DNA of 64,000 bases from Minisyncoccia bacterium (GCA_046598345.1 JBKJIT010000004.1:329226-393225), one strand, 5' to 3'; positions 8,243-18,981 are shown, counted from the stretch's first letter. The notes: generated from the letters alone by a model not told the origin. Made by a program: numbers and translations.

Positions 8243-9355
8243 CTATATGATGGTGACCCCATGTGTAAGTGAAGTATGTACATAAAACAAGAGAGCCATC
8301 ACTGCAAGAAGACCCCCCGCGTACGCAATCTGAACCGGATGCTGTCTACGCCATTCAATTACAATAGAAAGAATGAGCGCAACTACCACAATACTCGCAA
8401 GAAATCCGTACACAATTTGAAGCAAGATACTTGATTGCGTTCCGCTTCGTTCAAGAAGCGATGTTTCCGGGCCACTCTGTGGCGGTGTCACTTCAGTTGC
8501 CGCAGGAATACCCGGACGTGAACTTGTTGCCAGATCGGAGTATATGACGACCGATTCTGTGGGTACAGGCGGGGTCACGGTATCAACAGGGGCCGGGAGT
8601 TCTGAAACAGGTTGCGTAGGTTCTTCTTCTACAGGCACAGACTCCGTGGTCTCGATCGTGGCGGGCGAAACACTTGGTTCTGACGCATTACCCTCCCCTC
8701 CACTACGCACCGTCTCTACTGAAATGGGACTCGGTGTTGGTGTATTTGCTCCAGCGATCTGCTGAGCAGGCGCCTGAGGAACGCTTGCTACTTGCGCAGG
8801 AGTGCCGAAGAGCTGCACAACAAATATTGTGGGAAATCCTTTGTACTCACCTTTTGCCGTACCGATCCCAATCTCACGGTAATTGCCATTCATGATGTTT
8901 GCTCTATGGGCTGGTGAATTCATCCACGCATTAACTACTTCATCGGAGTCCGTAAAATGCACTGCTAAATTCTCTCCGGCATGTATGTAGCTATACTTTG
9001 CCTCATCAAACCAATGCCACGGAGAAACTCCGGCAGGACTATAATGCGCAAAGTATTCATTCTTGGCCATGTCATCTGCCTTAAGCTGCGCAGCCTGATC
9101 GAGAACGCTGTTTCTCCGAAGTGCACCCAGCGACTCTCCCCCTCGTTCTTCATTCGTGAGATCAACAATGACAGCTGGGAGAATTGTGGAGACCATCCAA
9201 TCTGAACCCATCCAAAGGAGGGCTTGGATATTTGCGAGGGTAAAGGAGAGCAGGACGAGGCCAAACATAATGCCGACTGACACACGTTCAAGAAAGTCTG
9301 GTTTGTAGCCATTGTCTTCGTGCGGGATAAACAGATCTTTGAGACGCTTAAACAT
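8243..9355 (-). CDS. CAP/SCP/PR1-like extracellular domain protein with N- and C-terminal TM segments and a Pro/Thr-rich linker
   Basis: YFAHYSPAGVSPWHW, HAGENLA and SPAHRANIMNGNYREIGIGTA (CAP signature). The stop is 3 bp from the umuD-like start. Confidence 0.7.
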   Translation of the reverse strand: MFKRLKDLFIPHEDNGYKPDFLERVSVGIMFGLVLLSFTLANIQALLWMGSDWMVSTILPAVIVDLTNEERGGESLGALRRNSVLDQAAQLKADDMAKNEYFAHYSPAGVSPWHWFDEAKYSYIHAGENLAVHFTDSDEVVNAWMNSPAHRANIMNGNYREIGIGTAKGEYKGFPTIFVVQLFGTPAQVASVPQAPAQQIAGANTPTPSPISVETVRSGGEGNASEPSVSPATIETTESVPVEEEPTQPVSELPAPVDTVTPPVPTESVVIYSDLATSSRPGIPAATEVTPPQSGPETSLLERSGTQSSILLQIVYGFLASIVVVALILSIVIEWRRQHPVQIAYAGGLLAVMALLFYVHTSLTHGVTII

Positions 9356-9411
9356 TGCCTACTATTGTACTCCAACTCATGAGAAGTTACGAAAATGCTT
9401 GTGGAGCATAG

Positions 9412-9443
9412 AAAAACCGGTCCGCCGAGGCGGACCGGTTTTT
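9412..9443 (-). terminator. Rho-independent terminator
   Basis: aaaaa-ccggtccgcc-gag-gcggaccgg-ttttt, downstream of the 9463-10626 gene. Confidence 0.6.
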
Positions 9444-9462
9444 CTGTTGCTACAAATTTCTA

Positions 9463-10626
9463 TTAAATCTGAGCGTAAATATGTACGGTCAGTGCGCCTG
9501 TATTGTTAGGAGCGTACAGATCATAAATCATGAGCGAAACTGGCGCACCAGCGCCCACGGTTGCATACTCATACGTATGATCATTGTTATACGTGGTGTC
9601 TGTGTCCCAATCAACAAATCCCCCATTTACCTTTAAGTCGAGCAAGTTCGCATCTCCATTGTAGGGAAACGCGACCCCATCAACCCAAGTTGACGCGTCT
9701 GAAGTACTGTAGTCAGCATCAAACTGGATGACACAGCCCGTTTCGTTGCATGCGTACGCAGTGCCTGATGCCTTAAGTACGTAGGATTGCCCGGCAAGCA
9801 GCGCTACTGTTCCCGAAACCCCGTCAGCATCATTTGCAGGCACGATAACTGTTTCTACGAGGTATCTCCCATCAAGAACTCCATCGCTTAAATCAAGGTG
9901 AAATTCTTCGAGAAGACCGGAACTAATACCGTGTTTTAGGTGACCATTCATGACCCCTTCAAGGAGTTCAATAATCTGGTGACCATTACAACCGTACGTG
10001 TATGCAATCCCCTCTCCTACAGTATCGCTGTGTACCCCTTTTCTGACCTTGTGTTGATACCACGAGAGAATTCCCCCTATGTTCTTTACCTGCCATCGAT
10101 TCTGCCCGATTCCTTCAGTCCACGCGCCGTCAGCTACTGTGCCCGAACACACATCATCGGCGTTCGGCACGCCATCATTGTCAGAATCATTGTCTGCATT
10201 TCCTGATGTCGTCGTCCACGCTCCACCACGCGTACCTCCTTGATAATTATCTGTCCATGTTCCACTCATAGTGCCGTTTGATGCAATTGCTCCACTCACG
10301 ATCATCGTAGTTTGAGGAACAACAGCATCAGGAGATGCAGTGTAATTTGCCGTAAACGTTACAGTGTCATTTACGACTGAACCAGAAGTGATGATCCATG
10401 TGTACACATGTGGACCTCCTGCAGGATGTCCACCGCTACCGGTGAGCATGTCGCTACCATCTTGCGTAAGTATAAGATCATGAGCATAAAACCCACCTAA
10501 ATACTCAAAATTAATAACGTAGTTTCCACTTACATCCCAATCTGTTGCCGCCTCTGCTTGAGTTACGGTCATACCCATAAAGACAAACGACGCGACAATA
10601 CTAAAGGCCGTAACGATTTTTCTCAT
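9463..10626 (-). CDS. Secreted hypothetical protein with thrombospondin type-3-like Ca-binding motif (DNDSDNDGVPNADD)
   Basis: Signal peptide MRKIVTAFSIVASFVFMGMTVTQAEA, then a beta-rich ectodomain. Confidence 0.6.
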   Translation of the reverse strand: MRKIVTAFSIVASFVFMGMTVTQAEAATDWDVSGNYVINFEYLGGFYAHDLILTQDGSDMLTGSGGHPAGGPHVYTWIITSGSVVNDTVTFTANYTASPDAVVPQTTMIVSGAIASNGTMSGTWTDNYQGGTRGGAWTTTSGNADNDSDNDGVPNADDVCSGTVADGAWTEGIGQNRWQVKNIGGILSWYQHKVRKGVHSDTVGEGIAYTYGCNGHQIIELLEGVMNGHLKHGISSGLLEEFHLDLSDGVLDGRYLVETVIVPANDADGVSGTVALLAGQSYVLKASGTAYACNETGCVIQFDADYSTSDASTWVDGVAFPYNGDANLLDLKVNGGFVDWDTDTTYNNDHTYEYATVGAGAPVSLMIYDLYAPNNTGALTVHIYAQI

Positions 10627-10737
10627 TACTTTAAAGATTAAATTATTAAGTGTTCTCGATCCTTTTTTATTATATCAAGGAGTGGCAGAAAAAAAACAAA
10701 GACATACTCACAGCCAAAACATGGAGAACTGGCACAG

Positions 10738-10762
10738 AAAAAACCGGCATTTGCCGGTTTTT
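10738..10762 (-). terminator. Rho-independent terminator of the giant adhesin gene (bidirectional hairpin)
   Basis: aaaaa-ccggca-ttt-gccgg-tttttt. Confidence 0.6.
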
Positions 10763-10786
10763 TCTGTGCCTCTCTATACTACCTAC

Positions 10787-13700
10787 TTATGGAAGGTCCC
10801 AGAAAAGCTTATTCGCAAGAGCCTGAGAATCCTTTGGTGTTGCCTTACCTGCACTTCCAATAATAATGGTGTCCCCACTATTATTATATGCATCCATGAG
10901 ACCAGCTGATGTAAGAATTGCAGAGACGCTTGTTCCTGCAAATGCAGCATCAGCGTTTGCAATCATTGTCTGCACACTCGCTGCACACCCAAACGCTGCG
11001 CAGTTGAGTTTCGCAGCTATAAGCTGCTGGAGAAGCTGCATGCGAGCCTTATCAAGCTCAGTTCGCTTAGCTCCTGTGGAAGTCTTTGGAATGCTTGAGT
11101 AGAAGCCTCCAAAGAGCTGTCCTGTGGTTGTAATCACACCCTTGTGCGGAGCACTTCCAATTGGCATTGCGCTTGCAAGGTTTGTCTGGAAGATCGAGGT
11201 TGTATACGCAGTGTGCGTCTGCCAGAACCCCTGGGTTCGAGTTGGGCTCAGTTTTTCGTTTACAAACGTACATGTAACATCAGCACCAGGGGTGAGGTTC
11301 ACCATGAGTGCATTTCCATTCAAGATTGACGCAAATGGGGTTGTTGAACCCGTTACCACACATGTCGCACCTTTAAGGGTCCAGTACGAGTTTGGCTGAG
11401 TCTCGGTAACCGTTACGCTTCCAGGTGTAAGGTTTGCAAAACTCTTTGATTGGTTTTGATTTGTACCGAGACAATCCTGCACCCCAGCATCATCATCAAG
11501 GAAGAAGCTGCTTTGTCCTGTCATTGCAAATGAGAAGTCCTGACAGTCGTTTGCTTGCGCATCCTTCACAATAGTAAGATTTGCCTTCTTGGTATTTGTG
11601 AACGTACACGTTACCGTTTCTCCAGCTCCAACGGTAATGTCCTCTATTGTCTCTCCATTGTCACACACTGCGCTTGTCTGAATCCAGTTAGCTAGTGCAC
11701 CTTCAGAGACGCTGTATGTTCCCGGAACAACCTCCTGATTGTTCGGAGCCATAGCATCAGTGAGTGCGAAGTTAGTGTATCCGACACCTCCAGCCGTGAA
11801 GCTGAATGATTGCGTATCACCTGCTGGATTCGTCACTTTATCAACAATGATGTGTCCTCGCTCAACGTTCGTGAACGTACAAGTGACCGTCTCGCCCGGT
11901 TGAAGTGAAATTGCCCCTACAGGACTTTGGTCTGAACACGTTGCGCTTGTCTGATCCCATCCAGCTGGCACTGTCTCAGATGCTGAATATGTGCCTGGAA
12001 TAATAAGTCCGCTGTCATTGTTTTGTCCTCCTGTGAGCACAAATCCATCATTGTCATACGAAGCAGCAAAAGTGAACTGCGTTTCAGTATTTCCGTCTAC
12101 TATCTTTTGAACAATAATTTTTCCACGCTTCGTGTTTGTAATCTGGCAATTCTTCGTTTCACCATTATTTACTTTCACACCAACGCAGGTGTTTGCTGTC
12201 TCATCCCATCCAGTAAGTGGTGTTTCTGCAACTGAATACGTTCCATTAAAGACCGTGTAATCCACTGGTGCTCCATCAGAAATGTTCTGCGTTGCAGCCG
12301 GACTTACGATTGTGCCGCCTGAAGCTGTGATAGAGAACACTGCCGTCGTGTCAGTCGGATTTGTTACCTTTGTCACAATGAGGTGACCAGGCTGATCATC
12401 ATTCGTAATGGTGCAGGTAGCTTCTCCACCAATTCCTACAGTAATGCTTGCACCCTCTTGCGTTCCTCCAACACAGCTCCATGTACTTGATGTATACCCA
12501 GGCATGTTTGTTTCAGATAGTGTCCATGTATCAGCCATTAAGGTTGCACCCGAATCTACTGGACTTGTTCCTGAAATATCATTCGCCCCGGTTCCGTTTG
12601 CTGTAAGTGTAAAATCTGAAACTGTTGAAGTTCCTCCATTATCATTTACTACAATTTTTCGAAGGTGAAGCAATGGCGCAATGTCATCATTGACGATTGA
12701 GCACGTTTTGTTGTCACCGTACGCAAGACTTACGGTGCCATTCGCTGCACAGTCAGTTGCCCATACAGATGCTGCGTATCCAGCCTGTGTTGTTTCAGAC
12801 GCAGTGTACGCACCTGGTGCAAGGGTTTGTATGGTTGTCCATGGAACGTTATTTCCATTTATCTTTCCTTGGAAATCAGAAGTTGTAAGTGTTCCTCCAT
12901 TGTTGTTGATGACCGTCTTTACGAGGGTGAGGGTTGGAAGCTTCGAATTAGTGAACGTACACGTTACGGTTTCACCAGCTTGGAGTGAAATAGTTCCTGC
13001 TGTTTCTACGTCCTCGTTTGAGGAAACACAGCTCGTGTTTGTAAGATCCCATCCAGTTTCAGCAAGTTCAGCTACTGAATACGTACCTGGAGTAAGATCA
13101 CCTGAATTCACGGGTGTCCCTTCATCTGCCAGCATAAAGTTGTCAGCACTCCAGCTTGGGTTGAACTCGAATTCCGTATCATCCCCAATAGGGTTAGTTA
13201 CTTTGTCGACAATGATATATGCATCCTTTTCGTTATTAAAGGTACATGTAACCGTTTCACCAGCTTGGAGACTAATTGCTCCGACTGGGCTTCCGTCTGA
13301 ACAGGTTGCTGATGTGAGATCCCATCCTGTTGGAACGGTTTCTGCTACTGAATACGTACCTGGTACAACCGCACCGCTATCATGTGGAGCTGCTGCGTCA
13401 GTAAGTGCAAAGTTGGAACCAGCATCTGTCGTGAAGCTAAATGATTCTGAATCACCCGCTGGGTTCGTTATTTTATCAACGATGATATGCCCACGCTTTA
13501 CGTTCGTAAAGGTACAGGTCACGGTCTGGCCAGGATCAACTTGGATATCTCCAATCGTCTCTCCGTTGTCACAGGTTGCGCTCGTAAGATCCCATTCTGC
13601 TTGTGCGGATTCAGCTACCGTGTAGGTATTTGCAGGGTTGAGATTTGAGAATGTCTGGCTTGCAGTTCCCGCGACCGTTGTAAGGTCGATGTCTGCTGCG

Positions 13701-16700
13701 AGTCCCGCACCGGTTGCATCGAAGTCAAAGCTTGCATCGCCACCAATTGTATTCTTCACAATCGCGAGTGCTCCACGCTTCGTGTTGGTGAACGTACAGG
13801 TCACTGTTTCACCAGCATCAGGATTGATACTTGCTGGAGTGTTTCCGCCTGTACATACTGCACTCGTAAGATCCCAACCTGCTTGAGCGCTTTCTGCAAT
13901 TGAATACGTATTGTCTTGATCAAGGTTCTCAAAAGTTTGGCTTGCTGTTTCCGCGACCGTTGTAAGGTCGATGTCTGCAGGAAGTCCTACACCTGTTGCA
14001 TCGAAGTCAAAGTCTCCGTTACCTCCGATCGTGTTCTTAATAAGAATGATCTTTGCAAGTTCTTCGTTCACGAATGTACACGTCACCGTTTCTCCTGGGG
14101 CAACATCGATGCTGCCAACGGTTTCATCATTTGTACATGATGTGCTTTCCGGAGATTGCCAACCAAGAAGAGCATCTTCAGACACAGCGTACGTGCCAGG
14201 AAGGACCTCGAAGTCTCGTGAGCTTGGAAGTGTTGCATTGGTATCCTCATCTAGCAAGAATGTTGCTGGATTTCCGTTGCCGAAATTATTGTTAAATGTA
14301 AAGTCTGTTGGATCAGGATTCCCAATAACGTCCTTCACAATAATGATGTGGGCACGTTTCGTATTCGTGAATGTACATTTCACATTCTCGCCAGCGGCCA
14401 CGTTGAATGTCGCAACTCCTGTTCCAACAACACCACTGCTGTTTGCATCATCGCAGGTAATGTTTGTGAGATCCCATCCAGCCTTAGTCACTTCTGTAGA
14501 AGAGTATGTTCCCGGAGCAACAGACTGAGTTGCAGTCTGACCGTCTCCTAGTACCCCTGCAACATCCCCAGTGAACGTAAACGTAGCTAGATCAGCGTTT
14601 GGAAGCGTCTGCTTTTCAATCGTAATTGAGCCTCGTTTTGTGTTCGTAAACGTACAGGTCACCGTCTCACCAGCTTGGAGTGAAATAGTTCCTGCTGTTT
14701 CCGCATCTCCGTTTGAAGATACACAACTTGTGTTTGTAAGATCCCATCCACCTTCAGCGAGTTCAGACACATTGTATGAGCCAGGTGCGAGATCACCAGA
14801 ATTAACTGGAGTACCAGCATCAGTCAAAGTGAAATCATTAGTACTCCAACTTGGATTGAAGTCAAACACTGTTAGATCAGCTCCTGGAACAGTTACTTTA
14901 TCAACAATGATGAATGCATCTTTTTCGTTCACGAATGTACACGTAACATTCTGACCTGGATCGATGTTGATACTGCCGATTTCTTCTCCGTTGTCGCAAG
15001 TTGCACTAGTAAGGTCCCATCCTGCAGGAACAGTTTCCGTAACAGTGTATGTAACTGCTGGGTCAAGATTGGTAAAGATTTGGCTCGCAGTTCCAGCTTC
15101 TGTCGTAAGATCAATATCTGCTGGAAGTCCTGCTCCTGTCGCGTCGAAGTCAAATTCTCCATTTCCTCCTACAGTATTCTTTACAAGGGTAAGTGAACCG
15201 TTCTTAGTGTTCGTAAACGTACAGGTCACTGTCTCACCTGGTTCGACATCGAGACTTGCAGGCGTTTCTCCGTTGTCACAGACGGCACTCGTCTGCACCC
15301 ATCCAGCTACAGTACCTTCTGAGACTGTATACGCTCCAGGAACTACTTCTTGATTGTTTACTGCCGCCGCATCAGTGAGAGCGAAATTGCTGTATCCCGC
15401 ACCTCCAGCCGTAAAGCTAAATGACTGAGTATCAAGAGCTGGAACTGTTACCTTATCAACAATGATATGGCCTTTCTTCGTATTGGTGAACGTACAAGTG
15501 ATTGTTTCTCCTGCACCTACCGTGATGTCCTCAATTGTTTCTCCGTTGTCACAGAGAGCGGAGGTTTGGGTCCATCCAGCTGGTATTGTTTCCGCGATTG
15601 AGTAGGTACCTACAGTTACAACCTGGCTATTTGGCGCTGCTGCATCCGTGAGAGCAAAGTTACTGTATCCAGTTCCTCCTGCAGTAAAGCTGAATGATTG
15701 TGTATCTCCTGAAGGGATAGTTATCTTATCGACGACAATTGTTCCTGTCTGAAGGGTGTTTGTGTATGTACAGGTAATATTTTCCCCATCTCCTACGTTG
15801 ATTGTTGCGGTTCGAGTCCCAAGATTGACTGTGGAGTTAGTGGTGGGATCTACACACACGAGGTTTGTAAGATTCCAGCCAGCAATCGCTCCTTCCGTAA
15901 CAGTATATGTTCCTACATCAAGGCCGTTGAATACTACAGTATTAGAAAGCGTATTGTCGCTATCATCATCAAGTGAGAAGTTGTTGAGTCCTACGCCAGT
16001 AGTGGTAAAGGCAAAGTTCTGAGCGTGGTTTGGAACAGCATCTTTAATGATCGTAATTGACCCAGGTGCAGGCGCTACCACGAGTGCAGCCGCAGACATC
16101 TGATTGTCGCGATTTCCAGTTGACCCCCCATCAAGGGCTACCACCTTCATGTGATACGGAGATCCACTGATGTTTACCGCCGATTTTCCCACACCCCAGT
16201 CAGCCTGACTGGAAACGTGTGCACCCCATGCCATAAAGACTGGACAGGATACCGTATTACCTTGTGTGTCCTTGTTCAAACATGTGTTCGTATTAACTGT
16301 AAAAGTAACGTTAATTTGTGTAAGACTGTCTGCAGCATAAGTACCACTTACCTTTACTGGAGTGGAAATAGCAGTAATCGTGCCGTTAAGGATCATGATG
16401 TTCTGATTGGTGTCATCCGTACCATTTACATTAAGAGGATCATGAGGAATGTTTGGCGAAAAGGAGGCTGTCGCTGAACCACAGGACGGAAACTTGGTAG
16501 TTGCATCTCCAGCACAAAGTTTCGCCTGATTAACCCATGTTTCAGACTGGTTAAAATCGGTAAGGAAGTCATACGCGTTTTTTCCACCCTTTGTTGTTTG
16601 ATATTCAAGAGTAACGACATGGCTTCCATTTGTAAGCCCATCCAAGACAAGGCGTTGAACAGTTGAATCCTCCTCGGAGATAGTTGAGTTATTCGTGTTC

Positions 16701-17419
16701 ATATTACCGTTTGTCCACAAACAGTCACCTGGATTTCCGTTATATCCATCACCATCATCGTTTGCACACTGGTCAAACACAACAACAGCTGCGCCTGCAG
16801 CGTCAGTAAATGATGATGTTGCTACCACTTCACCCTCCTCGTCAGAAACGATTACATTGTAGATCGGACGATAAAAGTTATCGAAGGTCTGTGAAAGACT
16901 CCATGAGCCCTCTTCATCCGAGGTAACTTCGTGGGTTGTGTCAGACCAGAAGTTCCCTACTTCTGAATTTCCAAAAATACGTACAAAGAAACTCTTCACA
17001 GGTGAGAAAAAACGACCAAACATGGTGACAGTTTCACCTGGCTGATAGTCATCCTTGTCTGTAGTAATCAGAGGTGCTTGTGCTACTTCCGCATCATTTT
17101 CAACATTTGAGGGTTCTTCTTCTGTAACTTCGCTTTCTGTATCAACAGATTCCTCGATCACTTCAGCCTCGGAATCAGTAGTAACGTCAGTTACAGGTAT
17201 TTCCTCAGTAGTTTCCGTAAGAACCTCTTCTACTTCAGTACTGCCTGTTAAATCTTCGTATGTGTCTGATACGAGTACTTCTGCACTTTGTTCTGTTACA
17301 ACTTCAACTACGTTTTCATCCTCCGCAAAGGTATTAGAGACACCGACTGCGAAAAGAGCGAGTACGACTAAAAGCACGAGAGATGAAATCTTCACGCGCG
17401 CATGAAATCCATTGATCAT
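10787..17419 (-). CDS. Giant (2210 aa) cell-surface adhesin-like protein with signal peptide, acidic N-region and >15 tandem ~95-aa Ig-like/prealbumin-fold (DUF11/SpaA-like) repeats
   Basis: Repeat unit ...G.Y.V.E....GW.LTS..C..G......I....GETVTCTF.NTKRG... iterated. Long near-identical DNA blocks inside the gene (e.g. ~12950 vs ~14650). Confidence 0.85.
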   Translation of the reverse strand: MINGFHARVKISSLVLLVVLALFAVGVSNTFAEDENVVEVVTEQSAEVLVSDTYEDLTGSTEVEEVLTETTEEIPVTDVTTDSEAEVIEESVDTESEVTEEEPSNVENDAEVAQAPLITTDKDDYQPGETVTMFGRFFSPVKSFFVRIFGNSEVGNFWSDTTHEVTSDEEGSWSLSQTFDNFYRPIYNVIVSDEEGEVVATSSFTDAAGAAVVVFDQCANDDGDGYNGNPGDCLWTNGNMNTNNSTISEEDSTVQRLVLDGLTNGSHVVTLEYQTTKGGKNAYDFLTDFNQSETWVNQAKLCAGDATTKFPSCGSATASFSPNIPHDPLNVNGTDDTNQNIMILNGTITAISTPVKVSGTYAADSLTQINVTFTVNTNTCLNKDTQGNTVSCPVFMAWGAHVSSQADWGVGKSAVNISGSPYHMKVVALDGGSTGNRDNQMSAAALVVAPAPGSITIIKDAVPNHAQNFAFTTTGVGLNNFSLDDDSDNTLSNTVVFNGLDVGTYTVTEGAIAGWNLTNLVCVDPTTNSTVNLGTRTATINVGDGENITCTYTNTLQTGTIVVDKITIPSGDTQSFSFTAGGTGYSNFALTDAAAPNSQVVTVGTYSIAETIPAGWTQTSALCDNGETIEDITVGAGETITCTFTNTKKGHIIVDKVTVPALDTQSFSFTAGGAGYSNFALTDAAAVNNQEVVPGAYTVSEGTVAGWVQTSAVCDNGETPASLDVEPGETVTCTFTNTKNGSLTLVKNTVGGNGEFDFDATGAGLPADIDLTTEAGTASQIFTNLDPAVTYTVTETVPAGWDLTSATCDNGEEIGSINIDPGQNVTCTFVNEKDAFIIVDKVTVPGADLTVFDFNPSWSTNDFTLTDAGTPVNSGDLAPGSYNVSELAEGGWDLTNTSCVSSNGDAETAGTISLQAGETVTCTFTNTKRGSITIEKQTLPNADLATFTFTGDVAGVLGDGQTATQSVAPGTYSSTEVTKAGWDLTNITCDDANSSGVVGTGVATFNVAAGENVKCTFTNTKRAHIIIVKDVIGNPDPTDFTFNNNFGNGNPATFLLDEDTNATLPSSRDFEVLPGTYAVSEDALLGWQSPESTSCTNDETVGSIDVAPGETVTCTFVNEELAKIILIKNTIGGNGDFDFDATGVGLPADIDLTTVAETASQTFENLDQDNTYSIAESAQAGWDLTSAVCTGGNTPASINPDAGETVTCTFTNTKRGALAIVKNTIGGDASFDFDATGAGLAADIDLTTVAGTASQTFSNLNPANTYTVAESAQAEWDLTSATCDNGETIGDIQVDPGQTVTCTFTNVKRGHIIVDKITNPAGDSESFSFTTDAGSNFALTDAAAPHDSGAVVPGTYSVAETVPTGWDLTSATCSDGSPVGAISLQAGETVTCTFNNEKDAYIIVDKVTNPIGDDTEFEFNPSWSADNFMLADEGTPVNSGDLTPGTYSVAELAETGWDLTNTSCVSSNEDVETAGTISLQAGETVTCTFTNSKLPTLTLVKTVINNNGGTLTTSDFQGKINGNNVPWTTIQTLAPGAYTASETTQAGYAASVWATDCAANGTVSLAYGDNKTCSIVNDDIAPLLHLRKIVVNDNGGTSTVSDFTLTANGTGANDISGTSPVDSGATLMADTWTLSETNMPGYTSSTWSCVGGTQEGASITVGIGGEATCTITNDDQPGHLIVTKVTNPTDTTAVFSITASGGTIVSPAATQNISDGAPVDYTVFNGTYSVAETPLTGWDETANTCVGVKVNNGETKNCQITNTKRGKIIVQKIVDGNTETQFTFAASYDNDGFVLTGGQNNDSGLIIPGTYSASETVPAGWDQTSATCSDQSPVGAISLQPGETVTCTFTNVERGHIIVDKVTNPAGDTQSFSFTAGGVGYTNFALTDAMAPNNQEVVPGTYSVSEGALANWIQTSAVCDNGETIEDITVGAGETVTCTFTNTKKANLTIVKDAQANDCQDFSFAMTGQSSFFLDDDAGVQDCLGTNQNQSKSFANLTPGSVTVTETQPNSYWTLKGATCVVTGSTTPFASILNGNALMVNLTPGADVTCTFVNEKLSPTRTQGFWQTHTAYTTSIFQTNLASAMPIGSAPHKGVITTTGQLFGGFYSSIPKTSTGAKRTELDKARMQLLQQLIAAKLNCAAFGCAASVQTMIANADAAFAGTSVSAILTSAGLMDAYNNSGDTIIIGSAGKATPKDSQALANKLFWDLP

Positions 17420-17697
17420 AAATAAGACTTATTATTGTAAATACCTCCTTGTAATGTTGAAAAAGCTAGGTCTCAGCTCACTCACTGACACATCATCATG
17501 GGATACACCCGGAAATGACGACACGCTATTTGGATCGATTATATTCTTCTTCATGAGAATTAACACATTGACAGCGTTCAATAAATATCGTGTCTTCATA
17601 TACACACGTAACAAAAGCGACCTCATCCTCTATACTATAAGGAAGCAAAACCTCTGGGTAATGCTTTATTAATTTTATTGCTAGTAATTACATAATA

Positions 17698-18981
17698 ATG
17701 ATGAAAAAAGTACGACAAAGTCTCATTGCACTCATGTTTGTGGGAATGGTGGCATTTGTGCCTTCAGCTCACGCTGAGGCTGCAACCGTAGATGAGATGC
17801 TTACCATGATTAAGAGCCTCATGACTCAAATTGAGGGGCTTCAAAAGCAACTCAATACTGTTCGAGGCGAGGTAAAGGAAGTTCTCAAGGATGGACTTCG
17901 CGAAGGTATGACGGATGCGGATGTAGCGAAACTTCAGGAACTTCTCGCGACTGATCCTGCAATTTATCCAGAGGGACGAAAGACTAGTTTCTTTGGGCCG
18001 CTTACAAAAATGGCGGTAATGCGATTCCAGGAAAGACATGGTGTTGCTGCGACAGGTGTTGTCGACAGTGAAACTCGTGAACTCCTCGAAGAATATCTTG
18101 AGGAAGGATTTGGAGACAATATTCCTCCAGGACTCCTCCGAGCTCCAGGTATCATGAAGAAGGTTGAAATGCGATTTGCACTTGGTTGCGATGTAAAGGG
18201 TGGTGGCATGGGACCTCTCTGCAAAAAGCTGAGACCTACCCCAACTGATGACTCAGACGATGACAGTGATGATGATTCTGACGATGAAGTTGAGGACTTT
18301 GATGTTGAAGTTGACGTCGACCTTGATGACGAGGAAACCACTGTTAACTTCACCTTTGATGGTGATGACTATGAGGTGGAAGTTGATTCAACTGACGAAG
18401 ATGATGTTCTCGAAGCAGTAGCTGATGAACTCAATGAGGATGTTGAAGATCTTGATGATGATCTTGTAGAGGCTATTGAAGAAGCGTTAGACGAAGCTAT
18501 TGAAGAAGCTGAGGAGGAGGAAGAGGAGGAAAATGAAGAATTTGACGTAGAGGTGTCTGTCGACAATGGAACCACTACGGTTGAATTTGAATTTGATGGA
18601 GACGACTACGAAGTTGTCGTTACTTCTGAAGACGAAGATGACATCATGGACGCGATTGCAGACGAGCTCGATGTGGATGTAGAAGATTTGGACGAGGACC
18701 TTGTTGATGCAATTCTTGCAGCGCTTAATGGAGACGAGGACGAAGAAGCAGAGGAAGACGCACAAGATGCGATCGATGAAGCAGAAGAAGCTATAGAAAG
18801 CGCACAAGATGCGATCGATGATGCTGACGGAGACACTGATGATGCAGAGGACCTTCTTGATGATGCTGAGGACAAGCTTGCTGAAGCAGAAGAAGCGTTC
18901 GATGATGAGGACTACGAAGATGCGGAAGAATTAGCTGACGAAGCTATGGAACTCGCAGAAGATGCTGAGGATGCTCTCTAA
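17698..18981 (+). CDS. Secreted protein with peptidoglycan-binding domain (PG_binding_1) and hyper-acidic duplicated C-terminal module
   Basis: Signal peptide, FFGPLTKMAVMRFQERHGVAATGVVDSETRELL, then D/E-rich region with two copies of T(V/T)xFxFDGDDYEV(E/V)V..(T/S)(D/E)DEDD... Confidence 0.75.
   Translation: MMKKVRQSLIALMFVGMVAFVPSAHAEAATVDEMLTMIKSLMTQIEGLQKQLNTVRGEVKEVLKDGLREGMTDADVAKLQELLATDPAIYPEGRKTSFFGPLTKMAVMRFQERHGVAATGVVDSETRELLEEYLEEGFGDNIPPGLLRAPGIMKKVEMRFALGCDVKGGGMGPLCKKLRPTPTDDSDDDSDDDSDDEVEDFDVEVDVDLDDEETTVNFTFDGDDYEVEVDSTDEDDVLEAVADELNEDVEDLDDDLVEAIEEALDEAIEEAEEEEEEENEEFDVEVSVDNGTTTVEFEFDGDDYEVVVTSEDEDDIMDAIADELDVDVEDLDEDLVDAILAALNGDEDEEAEEDAQDAIDEAEEAIESAQDAIDDADGDTDDAEDLLDDAEDKLAEAEEAFDDEDYEDAEELADEAMELAEDAEDAL

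Noticed and set aside
12681-13625. 314-aa plus-strand ORF, with several other 60-190 aa plus-strand ORFs, inside the giant adhesin gene
   Set aside because: These are antisense shadow ORFs. They recur because the sense strand is a tandem repeat (the same FVNVHVTVSPAWSEIVPAVS peptide reappears). They have no independent start or terminator context.
17964-18875. Ser-rich minus-strand ORFs (129, 68, 89 and 106 aa) opposite the acidic-protein gene
   Set aside because: These are antisense of GAx-rich Asp/Glu codons, which read as Ser/Thr-rich ORFs. They are compositional artefacts.
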